Source of the DNA: Planctomycetota bacterium
GTDB taxonomy: Bacteria > Planctomycetota > UBA8108 > SXIK01
DNA length: 64,000 bases
Direction of reading: 5' to 3'
Assembly (NCBI GenBank): GCA_965223265.1
Contig: OZ244999.1
Span: 6,752,001 to 6,816,000, forward strand
In this document: one piece after another, positions 9,453 to 21,877 of the stretch
Layout: each line of letters starts with the position of its first letter
Position numbering within the stretch: the stretch's first letter is position 1
Position numbers and translations under genes: made by a program
The notes under the pieces: generated by a model
What the model saw: only the letters and a program-made list of their open reading frames with translations
What the model was told of the DNA's origin: nothing
Database searches by the model: none

Positions 9453-10709
9453 TTACTCCTCGAAAAACTCGGCGTGAATCGACTCGACGGCGTCCTTGAC
9501 TCGCTCCTGCGGAATGACGCACGTGAGCTTGAGGTTTGACGTGCTGATCAGATCGATGTTGATCTTTCTCTCCCCCAGCGCCGAGAACATACGCGCCGCA
9601 ATGCCGACCTCCCGGTGCACGCCCTCGCCGACGACCGATACCGTCGCCACCTTGTCGTCGACGCGAGCCTCGCGAGCACCAACGAGCTTGACAAGATCGT
9701 CGAGTTGCGGTTCCAAGCGCGCCATGTCATCTGCGGAGACAACAAAAGAGATATCGTTCTCTCCACCTCGGTGTTCGGACTGCACGATCAGGCTGATGTT
9801 GACGTCCCACTCTCCAATGCGAGAGAAGACTCGGCCCGAGACCCCCGGCTCGTCTGGAACACCAACGAGGGAGATTTTGACGACGTCCTCCTTGTGCGCG
9901 ATTCCGCGTAACGTGACATCTTCCATCAGTTGCAGCTCCTTCGCCTTCTCAGCTGAGCAGACCACCGTGCCGGGCGTCGCGGCGAAACTGGTGGCGACGA
10001 GTAGAGGGATTCCGAAACGCCTGGCGATTTCCACCGATCTCGAATGGAGCACCTTCGCGCCGAGGATTGCCAGCTCCAACATCTCGTCGTAGGAACACCA
10101 CGCAAGCTTGCGTGCCCCAGGTACGATGCGCGGATCCGCCGTGTAGACACCGTCGACGTCTGTCAGGATCTCGCAGTGATCGGCAGACAAGCCGACGGCG
10201 ATGGCAACGGCGCTCGTGTCCGACCCACCCCGCCCGAGAGTCGTCACTTGCAAATCGTCAGTGACGCCCTGAAAACCGGCAACCACCACGATGCGACCTG
10301 CCGCGAGTTCGGCAAGAATGCGCTCCCCTTGAACGCTGCGCACGCGAGCTTGAGTGTGCATGCTGTCTGTCTTCATACCGGCTTGCTGGCCGGTGAAGGC
10401 GACTGCAGGAACACCTGACTCCGTGATGGCCATGGCTAGCAGAGCGGCGCTCATGATCTCGCCGGAATGCAGAAGCATGTCCATCTCGCGACGCTCGGGG
10501 CGACTCGACACCTCGGCCGCAAGCGCGACGAGTGAATCCGTGGTTTTTCCCATCGCGGAGACGACGACGACAAGCGAGTTTCCCTCGGCATGGCGCTGCT
10601 GAACTCGCCGCGCCACGTTCTTGATGTGGTCCGCCGTAGCTACAGAGCTGCCACCATACTTCTGCACGACGATCGGCCGCTTTGTCACGTCGCCTTTCTT
10701 GGCCGACAC
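9453..10709 (-). CDS. lysC: Aspartate kinase
   Basis: [41 protein letters not shown], two ACT domains; GTG start at 10709 after GAGGAGG. Confidence 0.95.
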   Translation of the reverse strand: MSAKKGDVTKRPIVVQKYGGSSVATADHIKNVARRVQQRHAEGNSLVVVVSAMGKTTDSLVALAAEVSSRPERREMDMLLHSGEIMSAALLAMAITESGVPAVAFTGQQAGMKTDSMHTQARVRSVQGERILAELAAGRIVVVAGFQGVTDDLQVTTLGRGGSDTSAVAIAVGLSADHCEILTDVDGVYTADPRIVPGARKLAWCSYDEMLELAILGAKVLHSRSVEIARRFGIPLLVATSFAATPGTVVCSAEKAKELQLMEDVTLRGIAHKEDVVKISLVGVPDEPGVSGRVFSRIGEWDVNISLIVQSEHRGGENDISFVVSADDMARLEPQLDDLVKLVGAREARVDDKVATVSVVGEGVHREVGIAARMFSALGERKINIDLISTSNLKLTCVIPQERVKDAVESIHAEFFEE

Positions 10710-10781
10710 GACTTCCTCCTCTTTAGTGAGATCGCCGCACGGCACCAAATCCCAGTTGCCGTGTCGTCGATCAAGGACACT

Positions 10782-11690
10782 TCAATACGTCATGCCAAGG
10801 TAATCCGGAGCGATGATCTGGTAGCGAGCATCGATTTCCCATTTCTCGAATTCTGCGACGCCAAGCTCGCCGAGTCGATTGCAATCCTCGGCCGCGAACG
10901 CTGCGAGTGCTGGTCCAGCACCACTGACGAATGCACCGAGACAAGCGCGCTGCTGGTTTAACGTCGTTAGAACTGAGCCCATCGCGGGCAGCAGATGGAA
11001 TCGGCGCCGCTGGTGAATCTTGTCACCGACACCGTAGATCAGAAAGTCCCTTCGATTCAGAAACAGCCCGGACAGCAAGAGTCCGAGACGCTGCAGGTTG
11101 AACACCGCTTCTGAGCGCGGCACGGAGAGTGGCAAGACTTCACGGGCTTTGCGCGTCGAAATCTCGCGGTCGGGTATGATCGCAGTGAGCTGAATCCCTT
11201 GTGGAACTCGAAGGCTCGTGGCGAGCACCTGTTCGTCGACGACCGCGCTAACGGTGAGGCCGCCCAGGATGCAAGCCGAGACATTGTCTGGATGACCCTC
11301 GACCTTAGTCGCCGCTTCGAGCACAGGTGCCTTCTCGGGAGGATTGCCGTGGGCGATCCACATGCCGATGGCAATTCCCGACGCAATCGCCGCCGCGCTC
11401 GACCCGAACCCTCGCGTTAGGGGAATCTCGTTGTGAATGTTGAGGTGCAGGCCTGATGGGATATCGTCGCCGGCATGCTCAGCAATCATGCGGTAGATCA
11501 AGTTCGAACGATCACGCGGAATCTCGTCCGCGCCAAGCCCCGTGACGTCGATCTGAAGCGAGTCCCCTTCTTCCCAAGCTTCGACTTCGAGGTACATCTG
11601 TAGAGCCAGCCCGAGGACATCGAACCCAGCCCCCAGGTTGGCCGTCGAGCCCGGTACGCGCACACGCATCCTACCGCCAGTCGCGCTCAT
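10782..11690 (-). CDS. thrB: Homoserine kinase
   Basis: [40 protein letters not shown]. Confidence 0.95.
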   Translation of the reverse strand: MSATGGRMRVRVPGSTANLGAGFDVLGLALQMYLEVEAWEEGDSLQIDVTGLGADEIPRDRSNLIYRMIAEHAGDDIPSGLHLNIHNEIPLTRGFGSSAAAIASGIAIGMWIAHGNPPEKAPVLEAATKVEGHPDNVSACILGGLTVSAVVDEQVLATSLRVPQGIQLTAIIPDREISTRKAREVLPLSVPRSEAVFNLQRLGLLLSGLFLNRRDFLIYGVGDKIHQRRRFHLLPAMGSVLTTLNQQRACLGAFVSGAGPALAAFAAEDCNRLGELGVAEFEKWEIDARYQIIAPDYLGMTY

Positions 11691-12796
11691 CGATCGATGT
11701 GGCTCCGCATCGCCTCCAAGGTTGGCTCGATCACCACCGGCAGGGTCGACGACTTGATGGCGCGCTCGGGATCTTTCAATCCGTGCCCGGTCAGTGTACA
11801 GACCACGAGATCACCCTGGTCGCTCGGCCCGCTGCCAGAGGATACCATCTTGATCAGCCCGGCGACGGACGCCGCTGATGCCGGTTCGGCGAAGACGCCT
11901 TCTAAACTGGCGAGCAGTTTATAGGCGGCGACGATCTCATCGTCGGTAACGGAGTCGATCAATCCGTTCGATTCGTCGCGCGCACTGATTGCGCCGTCCC
12001 AGCTCGCTGGTGAGCCGATTCGGATCGCTGTGGCCAACGTTTCCGGATGTTCGACCGGCGCACCGTGCACAAGCGGCGCAGCGCCAGCAGCTTGAAAACC
12101 CCACATTCGCGGCAGCCGGGTCGCGAGGCCGTAGTTCTCTTTGGCTTCCCGGTAGCCGCGCCACGTCGCGGTGATGTTCCCAGCGTTGCCCACCGGAATC
12201 AGATGATGCGTCGGTGCGTCGCCAAGCGCTTCGACGATTTCCCAGGCAGACGTCTTCTGACCCTCGATGCGGTAAGGGTTGACGGAGTTGACGAGAGTCA
12301 ACGAAAGCTGTTCCGCCGCAACCCTCACCAGCTGCAGCGCCTCATCGAAGTTGCCTTTGACAGCGATGACCCGCGCCCCAGCCATCACAGCCTGTGCCAG
12401 CTTCCCCATCGCTATATTGCCGTCGGGAATGACGACGTAGCACGGGACGCCCGCACGGGCAGCGTAGGCCGCCGCCGAGGCTGATGTATTCCCCGTCGAG
12501 GCGCAAATGACTCCCCTGGTCCCTTCCTCGACCGCCTTCGACATGGCCATCGTCATACCGCGATCTTTGAACGAGCCCGTCGGGTTGGCGCCATCGTATT
12601 TGAGAAAGACCTGTGGCACGGAGGCGCCTACGTTAGCCACCGAACGCAGGTGTTCCTCGAGGTGCTCGGCACGCAAAAGAGGCGTGTCCCCTTCTTGCAG
12701 CGAAACGATCGGTGTCGATGCGCTCACCGAAAGGTAGTCACCGTATCGTTCGATGAGGCCACGTTTGCGACCCGCACTGACGCCGTGTTGTGTCAT
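11687..12796 (-). CDS. thrC: Threonine synthase
   Basis: [10 protein letters not shown] (PLP Lys), [25 protein letters not shown]; overlaps thrB start. Confidence 0.95.
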   Translation of the reverse strand: MTQHGVSAGRKRGLIERYGDYLSVSASTPIVSLQEGDTPLLRAEHLEEHLRSVANVGASVPQVFLKYDGANPTGSFKDRGMTMAMSKAVEEGTRGVICASTGNTSASAAAYAARAGVPCYVVIPDGNIAMGKLAQAVMAGARVIAVKGNFDEALQLVRVAAEQLSLTLVNSVNPYRIEGQKTSAWEIVEALGDAPTHHLIPVGNAGNITATWRGYREAKENYGLATRLPRMWGFQAAGAAPLVHGAPVEHPETLATAIRIGSPASWDGAISARDESNGLIDSVTDDEIVAAYKLLASLEGVFAEPASAASVAGLIKMVSSGSGPSDQGDLVVCTLTGHGLKDPERAIKSSTLPVVIEPTLEAMRSHIDR

Positions 12797-13050
12797 CCTT
12801 CCTCTTGATGCAATCAGGACCGCCATGCGTTCGCGGCGGCAACTATTTCTTAGCAGTTCGTTGGAAAGTCATTCGGCCAAGAGCCGGGCCTCTTCACGCC
12901 AGTTTGACCGTGTCGATACTCGTCGTCACCAATCTCATCGAGAGGCCCCGCAAGATTACCTGCGTTTACCTGCGCCGATCTGGAGCCACGATCTGGAAAG
13001 GGCCCCGGGTATCGGCTCGGAGCACGTTTTCGGACAGGCTGTCAGCTCCT

Positions 13051-14340
<1,290 letters not shown>

Positions 14341-14747
14341 GATTCTGTCAGCGAGATGTAAAGCTGCGCTTCCTCAGACATCAACCGGTGAAAAGGGTCG
14401 GATAATCCACCACATTCTCACGCCGCAACTCTCCGCCAAGGAAGGCGCGGCGCCTTGCTGGCGCGGCCGATGCGTTGGTGCCGAACGACATTCGTAACTC
14501 TATATTCAACGAAATTTTACACAGCCCTTCCCGCCTTCGGCAGGCTCCAGGGCGGTGGCTCCGAAACGACTGCCGAAAATGTTATCGCCCCGTCACACGT
14601 CCATTGCTCGCAAGATTTTCCGTGATTTTAGTTGCGGCCGATTTGGCCTTGGTTAAGATCTCAGCTGGGCCGGCGAATCATCTCACCCAACTCCAACCCT
14701 ACCCTTTCGACCCAAACAACCTTTGCGCCGGCCCGCTTTTTCCCCCC

Positions 14748-15644
14748 TTAAGTCTCTTCCGTCGTTCGTCCCCCATCGGCCGAGTGTCTCACTTCTGAAC
14801 ACCGCCCCGCTGCCGTGTTCGGCCTTCTTTCGCGTCGACCGCAGTGGTCTCGCCGTGTCGCCGTAACTTTTCCGTCCAGCCACGCCGGCCAGAACGTTTG
14901 CGGCGACACTGGGAATCCTGGCACCGTCGCGCCCGCACGATGCTCGAGCTCGCCTCCCAGCTCATCTGTATCTCGTGAAGTGGTTGAGCCCGTGGCCGCC
15001 TGAATCCAAAGCGTCCTCAAACCCAAACGTCGTGCGGCCAGGATATCGCGTTCCAGGGAATCCCCAACGACGAGAATCTTCTCCGGCACGCAGGCGTAGC
15101 GCTGGATCGCGGCTTCAAACATCCGTGGATGCGGCTTCTCAACGCCAATGTCGTACGAGATGAAGAGTTCGTCGAAAAAGTCGAGAAGCTCAAGCTCACG
15201 CAGCGTCTGCGGCAAACGCTGATCCCAGTTGGAAAGAATTGCCATCTGTACCCCGGTGCGGCGTAGAAACTCTAAACTGGCACGCGCGCCTGGCACCACC
15301 TCCCACGCCGAGGCGCAGCGAAAGCGATCGTAGAGCGCGGCGAAGAGCTGCGGAAAAACCTCCTCTGGGACCGTGTCGCCAAAAGTCTCCGCCACAATCG
15401 TCCGCCACTCGTGACGCAGTATTGCGTCGCTCGAGCGGTGGCCGCGGGCACGACTACGCTGGAGGCTCGTCGCCCAGGCATTAGCGAAGGCGCGGTTCAA
15501 GCTCGCCGGCTCTACGTCCACGCCATACTCGAGGGCGACTTCCGCGTAAACGTCTCCGACCGATGAACGCACACGCAGCAGTGTTCCACCGGCATCGAAT
15601 AGGATCGCTTCAATCGAGGCGGGCGCGGCAGAGATGGATGTCAC
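14748..15644 (-). CDS. HAD-IA family hydrolase (start uncertain)
   Basis: LFDAGGTL motif I, ILSNWD, GVEKPHPRMF, VGDSLERD. Confidence 0.85.
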   Translation of the reverse strand: MTSISAAPASIEAILFDAGGTLLRVRSSVGDVYAEVALEYGVDVEPASLNRAFANAWATSLQRSRARGHRSSDAILRHEWRTIVAETFGDTVPEEVFPQLFAALYDRFRCASAWEVVPGARASLEFLRRTGVQMAILSNWDQRLPQTLRELELLDFFDELFISYDIGVEKPHPRMFEAAIQRYACVPEKILVVGDSLERDILAARRLGLRTLWIQAATGSTTSRDTDELGGELEHRAGATVPGFPVSPQTFWPAWLDGKVTATRRDHCGRRERRPNTAAGRCSEVRHSADGGRTTEET

Positions 15645-15696
15645 CGGTTTCGTCTTCGTTGTCGCTCGGAGAGGTGTCCGGTTGCTGCAAAGGGAA

Positions 15697-16749
15697 TCAG
15701 GCTGAGTCTGCCGTCGCCGCTTGCCGTACTCGGGAACGATCGTGAACGCGTGGCTTTTCGGGAGTGCTCCGCCAGCGAGGATAAATCCAAATCCACTGCG
15801 TCGGATAGCGGCGAATGTTGTCTTCGAGGATTGTCGTCCAGTGCTGCGTACCGCGGAGCAGGTCAGCTTCCTCGTCATCAGTACGGGGGGCTTCAAAGGT
15901 ATCCGCGAAGATACAGCGGAAGCCGTTCACCGATGCGGCAGACCCTTCGCGTACGAGGGAACAAAAGGCCATGGGCACATTCAGGCGACGCGCCAGCTCA
16001 ACGGGAAAGGTTACGGTGTATGCGGGCTTGCCGAAGAACTCAACAAAAACGCCACTGTTCGTCCGCAAGTCCTGGTCCGGCAGAAGGCCTAGGGTGTGTC
16101 CTTGGCGGAGGGCACGAATGAGTCGACGCGGTGACTCGTCGTTGTAGATCACCTCGACGCCATCCTCGGTGCGCAGGCGGTGCAGAAACTCTTGGTACTT
16201 GCCGAAGTAAGCCCGCTTCGCCACCGGCACGAGCAGCCCCGGTGCGAACCGGCTGAAAAGCAGCGACAGGACCTCCCAGTTGCCGAAATGAGCGGTCAGC
16301 CCAATGACCCCCCTTCCGGTGGCGCGATAGCTATCACGAACGTTTTCAATGACTTCAATCGCTTCAGGGTACTGGGCGCGAAGCCGCTCGTTCGACCAAC
16401 GCCGGAGGATGACCCATTCGATCGCGGTGGCGATCGTGTTGCGGAAGACTTGCCGCACTTGACGGCGGATCTCGGCCTCGCTGAACTCGTTCCCGTAAAC
16501 GCGATAGAGGCTATCATAGGCGTGCCTGCGTGCACCGCGCATACAGAAATAAGCACCAAAGGCGCAGAGGCGGCCAATGAAGAGCCCCAGTCTCAGCGGC
16601 AAGCGGGAGACGATCGCGTGAGCTGTCCGCAAAAAGGCGTAACCCACGTACCGCGACGCGTTTTTGCGCCAACGGCTCCGTCGACGCCGCGGCAGGCGCT
16701 GAGAGGATGGCGTTACAGCTACCGGTGTTGGTTCAACGGCGGTTTTCAT
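15697..16749 (-). CDS. Lipid A late acyltransferase (LpxL/HtrB) / lysophospholipid acyltransferase family
   Basis: TAHFGNWE, LLPDQD, FVEFFGKPA, IRRYPTQWIWIYPRWR. Confidence 0.9.
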   Translation of the reverse strand: MKTAVEPTPVAVTPSSQRLPRRRRSRWRKNASRYVGYAFLRTAHAIVSRLPLRLGLFIGRLCAFGAYFCMRGARRHAYDSLYRVYGNEFSEAEIRRQVRQVFRNTIATAIEWVILRRWSNERLRAQYPEAIEVIENVRDSYRATGRGVIGLTAHFGNWEVLSLLFSRFAPGLLVPVAKRAYFGKYQEFLHRLRTEDGVEVIYNDESPRRLIRALRQGHTLGLLPDQDLRTNSGVFVEFFGKPAYTVTFPVELARRLNVPMAFCSLVREGSAASVNGFRCIFADTFEAPRTDDEEADLLRGTQHWTTILEDNIRRYPTQWIWIYPRWRSTPEKPRVHDRSRVRQAATADSA

Positions 16750-17033
16750 GGAAGCGAAGATTCTATACCCTTGGGTGGTCTGTTGCCAGAACACTTTACC
16801 GGAGGATACCGCGTTTTTCGGTCGTTTCCAGGGGCTCGCGGCACCCGCCTTGGTTCGTTTATCGGCGATGGCTCGCCGCACCTTCAGTCCGACCGTCGGG
16901 CGGGCCGGTAAAACGGCCGCGCGGTGCCAAGAGCCCATCGCGCGGCGGAGATCGCCTGGCTCGCAGAAGGCGTGGCGCACCGATCGCCGCGTCGACTACA
17001 GTCGTGAGTCGTGGAATCTAGGCTGGTGGTGAA

Positions 17034-17089
17034 TCCCCGTAGCTCAGTCGGAAGAGCAGCGTGCCCCCCTAAGGGGGGCAAAGGGGGGT
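17034..17089 (+). pseudogene. Degenerate duplicate of tRNA-Arg 5' half (tRNA-like, no T arm)
   Basis: 17034-17058 identical (25 nt) to 17171-17195, followed by hairpin TGCCCCCC-TAA-GGGGGGCA; no T-psi-C arm. Confidence 0.6.
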
Positions 17090-17169
17090 GAATCATCGCA
17101 GAACCGATGCTCTGACGCGTTGCGCTGCGGTCGCCCCCTCGATTACAGTCCTAGAAACAGTCCATGTGG

Positions 17170-17245
17170 GTCCCCGTAGCTCAGTCGGAAGAGCATCGGT
17201 TTCCTAAACCGGAGGTCGCAGGTTCGAGCCCTGCCGGGGATACCA
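17170..17245 (+). tRNA. tRNA-Arg (anticodon CCT)
   Basis: Cloverleaf: acceptor GTCCCCG/CGGGGAT, D arm GCTC..GAGC, anticodon loop TTCCTAA, T arm GCAGG-TTCGAGC-CCTGC, encoded CCA. Confidence 0.96.
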
Positions 17246-17328
17246 CTTTCGTCCAGCCAGCGCGCAGCGCAGACCACCGATTGTTGGTGACGCCGAAGCG
17301 CGAGATTCGCCTCGCGGAGACGACCAGC

Positions 17329-19368
17329 GTGCCTAACGCATGTTTCGTTTTTTTCATCGCCGTTTGTTGGACTTTTGCGCCAGTGTCCGCGCGGGAAGTA
17401 CGCATTCCCCTCTCACTCAACCATGACACGGACGCTCTCTGCAGCGGACACATAGCCGCGCAGGACAACCTGTTCGTGTTCACGGTCAGCGAACGCGCGA
17501 ACGGTCTCAAAGATCTCAACGGCGATGGTGACAGCCTCGATTGCGTGCTCCATCTTCACGACACTGCGACGCAGAAAACCACGAACCTGAAGCTGACCGC
17601 AAACTTTGTGCAGGTAGTCGACGATTTCGTATTCTTCACGGTGGGCGAAAGATCCCAGGGAGGACGTGACCTCAACGGCGACGGCGATGCCCGAGACGCG
17701 GTGGCTCACCTCTATCGTTTCTCTACAGGTGAGTGCGTCAACACCGGGCTCTCAGGAAGCGTCGCCCACCCCGAGTTCCAGCAGCGACAGTTTGACGGGA
17801 ACTACGCCGTGATCAGCGTCTACGAAAGCGACCAGAAGAACCAAGATCTCAACGGCGATGGCGATGCGCACGATCGAGTGGTCCACCTGTACGACGTTGA
17901 GACGCGTAAATCGATCAACACCGGATTGAGCACCGGAAACTGGGTACTCCTTGCGGACCCCGTCCTCGTGATCGAAGTTTCAGAACGGGACCACCAGATC
18001 GACCTCAACGACGACGACGATCAGCGCGACTTCGTGTATCACGTCTTCGATATCGCCACGAAAACGGTCAACAACCTGAAACTTGCCTCCGACATTGCCG
18101 GGACGCCGATGCAAGCTCGGCGTTACGATCGATTTATCTTTCTTGGAGTGCCCGAGAGGGATCAGAACGGGACCGATCTGACCGGAGATGGCGATGCGTC
18201 TGATCTTGCCCTGTTCGTGTACGAGACAACGACGGGTGACGTAAGAAACCTCTCTCTCTCGATGTGCCTCGGTGAGCCCGACTTTCTGTCACAGGAGATC
18301 GACCGGTCCGTATTCCTGGCGGTAAGCGAGAGCTTCAACTCCACTGACTTCAATGGGGACGGAGACCAAAACGACAGGGTCCTCCATCGCTTCGACTTGC
18401 GAACCGGCGAAATGGCGAACGTAAGAATCTCGGCCGAGAAAGTGAGGACCTATGACCAAGGTCTCGTCCTCGCCCGACACGAGGACGACCAAGACGACTG
18501 GAACAATGATGGAGATCGTAACGATACGGTTCTGCATACTTTCACTCCAGGCGCACCGTCATCGAGGAGTCTTGGGGTCGCAGCGTTCGCATTCTCGGTT
18601 CACGCCACGACGGCTCTCGGTCACGTTTCGGAGGCGTCGCAAGGCTCGATGGACCGAAACGAGGACGGCGATGTTGACGATTCCTTTATGTTTCGGCTCG
18701 ACCTTGACACGGGCGAGGCGGAAGACCTCGGGTTTGAGACTGGGTTGACCCGCGTGCGGCCGCGAGATCGAAGATTAGGGCGCACGGTCAGCCACGCCGT
18801 GATTCAAAGAGCGGAGTTTGCCGTTGGCCATGACGACAACGGCGACGGAGACACCGACGACTTCGTGTATTGGTTGATCGACGCCCAGAATGCGGAGCGC
18901 CGCAACCTGGAGTTCGGCACTGTCGGGAGCTCAACGCGGGCCGGAAACGGCCAGTTGGCCGACGCCGTCCTCTCCGAAGACTGGGTAGCTCTCAAGGTTT
19001 CGGAGCGTGGAAACGGAGGAACAGATTTCAACGGCGACGGCGATTCGCTCGATTTCGTGCTCGATGTCGTCCCCCTGACCGACGTCGGCGAATCAACCTT
19101 TCGTAGGGGCGATTCGAACGCCGATGGCCGCACAAACATCTCCGATGCCGTGTTCACCATTCGACACGTCGCGTCGGGCGAAGCCAGGCCGACCTGTCAG
19201 AAGTCCGCCGACGCGAACGACGATGGTGCGGTAGACCTGACCGATCCTATATTCCTTCTAATGCACCTGTTCGAGTCTGCGCCTCCGCCCCCGAAACCGG
19301 CGAGTGCGTGCGGCCGCGATCCGACGTTCGACCCGCTCGGTTGCGAAGAGTTCCTCGGTTGCCCATAA
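17329..19368 (+). CDS. Secreted protein with ten DxNxDGD Ca-binding repeats and C-terminal dockerin-like domain
   Basis: GTG start after GGAG with signal peptide; repeats like VSERxxxxxDLNGDGDxxDxVLHLYD; tail FRRGDSNADG...SADANDDG..D.TDP...CGRDPT.DPLGC. Confidence 0.82.
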   Translation: MPNACFVFFIAVCWTFAPVSAREVRIPLSLNHDTDALCSGHIAAQDNLFVFTVSERANGLKDLNGDGDSLDCVLHLHDTATQKTTNLKLTANFVQVVDDFVFFTVGERSQGGRDLNGDGDARDAVAHLYRFSTGECVNTGLSGSVAHPEFQQRQFDGNYAVISVYESDQKNQDLNGDGDAHDRVVHLYDVETRKSINTGLSTGNWVLLADPVLVIEVSERDHQIDLNDDDDQRDFVYHVFDIATKTVNNLKLASDIAGTPMQARRYDRFIFLGVPERDQNGTDLTGDGDASDLALFVYETTTGDVRNLSLSMCLGEPDFLSQEIDRSVFLAVSESFNSTDFNGDGDQNDRVLHRFDLRTGEMANVRISAEKVRTYDQGLVLARHEDDQDDWNNDGDRNDTVLHTFTPGAPSSRSLGVAAFAFSVHATTALGHVSEASQGSMDRNEDGDVDDSFMFRLDLDTGEAEDLGFETGLTRVRPRDRRLGRTVSHAVIQRAEFAVGHDDNGDGDTDDFVYWLIDAQNAERRNLEFGTVGSSTRAGNGQLADAVLSEDWVALKVSERGNGGTDFNGDGDSLDFVLDVVPLTDVGESTFRRGDSNADGRTNISDAVFTIRHVASGEARPTCQKSADANDDGAVDLTDPIFLLMHLFESAPPPPKPASACGRDPTFDPLGCEEFLGCP

Positions 19369-19636
19369 CAGCAGCAGGCGGGCACGAGCGAAAAACACGC
19401 GCGCTCTGGAGAGCTGGTCTTGCCGGCGAGACGACGCGCCTTGATCGTTCTGGCCTGGTTCCGATTGCGTACAATACCGGAAAGCTGCACCATGCACGCG
19501 ACCGCTGCATCTGCCTGCCTCCAGACCCACGTTTGAACTTGACTCCCACCCGCCCTCCGTTTTCACTGCGAGAGTGGACGGGTCGGACCGCGGCCCTATA
19601 GACTGAAATTCCCATCGCAACTTGAGGAACGCGCCC

Positions 19637-20929
19637 GTGCTGCCTGCGACTTTCTCCGCCAAACTGACGCTTCTCGCTATTCTCCTCACCCCCACCCTGG
19701 CGCCATTCGCCGCTGCCGGCAATTGGCCGAATTGGCGTGGCCCCGACAACACGGGCGTCAGCCCAGAGGCTGCACCGGTGAAGTGGAGCCGTACGAAGAA
19801 CGTCGCCTGGAGCGTGCCCCTGCCAGGACCTGCCGGCGCCACTCCTGTGGTCTGGGGCGACCGTGTCTTTTTGACTGCGGCGGAAGGTGACGACCTTGTC
19901 GCTCTTTGCATCTCGACGAAAGGCCAGCAACTCTGGAAGCACGTCATCGGCAAAGGGAACAAAGTCGTTCGCGGTGACGAGGGCAACTACGCGTCGCCGT
20001 CACCGTCGACCGACGGCAAGCACGTCTGGTTCTTCATGGCCAACGGCCCACTCGCTTGCTACGACTTCGCTGGCAACGAGAAATGGAAAGTCGATCTTGC
20101 CGAACGTTACGGCAAGTTCGAAATCCAGTTCGGGCTTTCAAGCACGCCGATCGTCGACGGTGAGCGCATCTATGTGCAGCTCATTCACGGCGTATGGAAC
20201 AGCACCCCGAGTCAAGGGCTCATCGTCGCGCTCGAGAAGTCGAGTGGCAAAGAGGTCTGGAAGCACGTCCGCACCACCGACGCGATCGACGAATGCAAGC
20301 AATCATACGCCTCGCCGTTCCTCTACCGGGACGCACACCGTGCTTTCTTGGTTTCGCACGGGGCCGACTTTGCGATCGCGCACGACCTCGACAGCGGCGC
20401 TGAGGTGTGGCGCTGCGGCGGCCTCAACTCAAAGGAAAAGTATCACAACACCCTTCGTTTCGTCGCCTCTCCTGTTGGCGCCGAGGGACTGATCGTGATA
20501 CCAACGGCCAAACAACAAAAAGTCGTCGCAGTCAGAGTGGACGCACGCGGCGATGTGACGAATTCAAACAGCGCGATCGCATGGGTCATGCCGCGCCAGA
20601 CTCCGGATGTACCGTCCCCTCTCATCCACGGCGGCATCGTCTACCTTTGCCGTGAGAACGGTGTGCTGATCGCCCTCGATGCGAAAACTGGCGAGCGGCT
20701 CTATCAAGAGCGGACCGTCAGCGACCGCCACCGTGCCTCGCCCGTCTACGCCGGCGGGAACATCTATCTGACGGCGCGCAACGGCACCGTCACGGTTGTG
20801 AAGGCAGGCCGAGAGTTCAAGATCGTGGCGCAAAATGAGCTCGGCGAGGCCACCACGGCGTCGCCTGCCATCGCAGACGGAACGCTCTACATCCGCACCT
20901 TCGATCGCCTCTACGCGATCCGCGAGTAG
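19637..20929 (+). CDS. PQQ-binding-like beta-propeller repeat protein (BamB-like, planctomycete-expanded type)
   Basis: Signal peptide, NWPNWRGP, repeated SP/TP...G..W blades, ASPAIADGTLYIRT. Confidence 0.88.
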   Translation: MLPATFSAKLTLLAILLTPTLAPFAAAGNWPNWRGPDNTGVSPEAAPVKWSRTKNVAWSVPLPGPAGATPVVWGDRVFLTAAEGDDLVALCISTKGQQLWKHVIGKGNKVVRGDEGNYASPSPSTDGKHVWFFMANGPLACYDFAGNEKWKVDLAERYGKFEIQFGLSSTPIVDGERIYVQLIHGVWNSTPSQGLIVALEKSSGKEVWKHVRTTDAIDECKQSYASPFLYRDAHRAFLVSHGADFAIAHDLDSGAEVWRCGGLNSKEKYHNTLRFVASPVGAEGLIVIPTAKQQKVVAVRVDARGDVTNSNSAIAWVMPRQTPDVPSPLIHGGIVYLCRENGVLIALDAKTGERLYQERTVSDRHRASPVYAGGNIYLTARNGTVTVVKAGREFKIVAQNELGEATTASPAIADGTLYIRTFDRLYAIRE

Positions 20930-21044
20930 CCCGCTTCCCGAGGGCCTAGGCGAAACGACGACAGTTGCTGAGCGAGCCGCCGGCCTGCGCCGCACTCACG
21001 GCGCCGCATCGTCAAGTGACTTGAATCCACTCCATCTCTGCGAG

Positions 21045-21440
21045 TCACTTCATCGAGTCGACGAGATGAAGGTCGGCCAAAATGTCTTTGAGTCGCACCA
21101 TGCCCACAAGCTTCCCGTTCTCGATGACCGGGGCGCGTGACACCTTGCAGTTTGCGAGCAAGCGGGCTGTGTGCTTGACGCTCAGGTCGGGCAACACCAC
21201 GATCAACGGCTTCGTCATGACCTCGTACACCTTGACTTGATGGATGTCACGCCCTTTGGCGACGGTCTTGTAGACGACATCGCGCATCGTCACAATACCG
21301 TAGGTGTCACTCTCACTCTGCGGCTCGACGATCAAACTCGAGGCGCTGTACTCGTTCATCATGTGAACGGCATCACAGATACTCGCGTCGCGCGCAATCG
21401 TGTGAACTGTTCGGGACATGATGTCACGCGCTATCGGCAT
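21045..21440 (-). CDS. CBS-domain pair protein
   Basis: ARDIMS, YGIVTMRDVV, VYEVMTKP, RAPVIENGKLVGMV..DI. Confidence 0.9.
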   Translation of the reverse strand: MPIARDIMSRTVHTIARDASICDAVHMMNEYSASSLIVEPQSESDTYGIVTMRDVVYKTVAKGRDIHQVKVYEVMTKPLIVVLPDLSVKHTARLLANCKVSRAPVIENGKLVGMVRLKDILADLHLVDSMK

Positions 21441-21559
21441 AGCGTTCCCCTGAATTGTCTTGCGTCAATGGCGATGGCGAACGTCACAAGCATTGTGTTT
21501 ATCAGTGCTTGTTGATCGCACACAGGCTCTGAATCAGCCAATCCTAACGCAACTCTTTG

Positions 21560-21587
21560 TTGACACAAAGGCCAAGATTCAGATAAT
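21560..21587 (+). promoter_or_regulatory. Putative sigma70 promoter of the oxidoreductase operon
   Basis: TTGACA-N16-GATAAT in AT-rich intergenic DNA. Confidence 0.5.
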
Positions 21588-21877
21588 GATGCAGGGACTT
21601 TCCTGGAGCAGAGTTCGACCCTTGCGGGCCAAGGAGCGACCCATGGATGGCAACCCGTGGATGACCGCTTAGCTCCGGGGAATCGACGCGGCTCCAGAGG
21701 CTCTCGCCTCGGTCCGTCCCGTGCCAGGCGCGCCACCCCGTTAACGGCTGCCGGCAACCTCGAAGCCGAGGTGGCGGCGAGAGGTGAGACGAGAAGCCGG
21801 CGAAGACACGTGAAAGGCCCCAGCGACAACCACAGGCCGGGCTGCTGAATTCGAACGCTCAGCGAGGAACGAACTCT

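Noticed and set aside
12797-13050. Hidden gene or attenuator between hom and thrC
   Set aside because: No minus-strand ORF of credible size, Thr-rich leader peptide or T-box recognised.
17164-17328. N-terminal 55 aa of the 734-aa ORF
   Set aside because: Overlaps the tRNA; GTG 17329 has an SD and gives a signal peptide.
17170-21000. Genomic island integrated at tRNA-Arg
   Set aside because: No adjacent integrase, and no downstream duplicate of the tRNA 3' end was seen.
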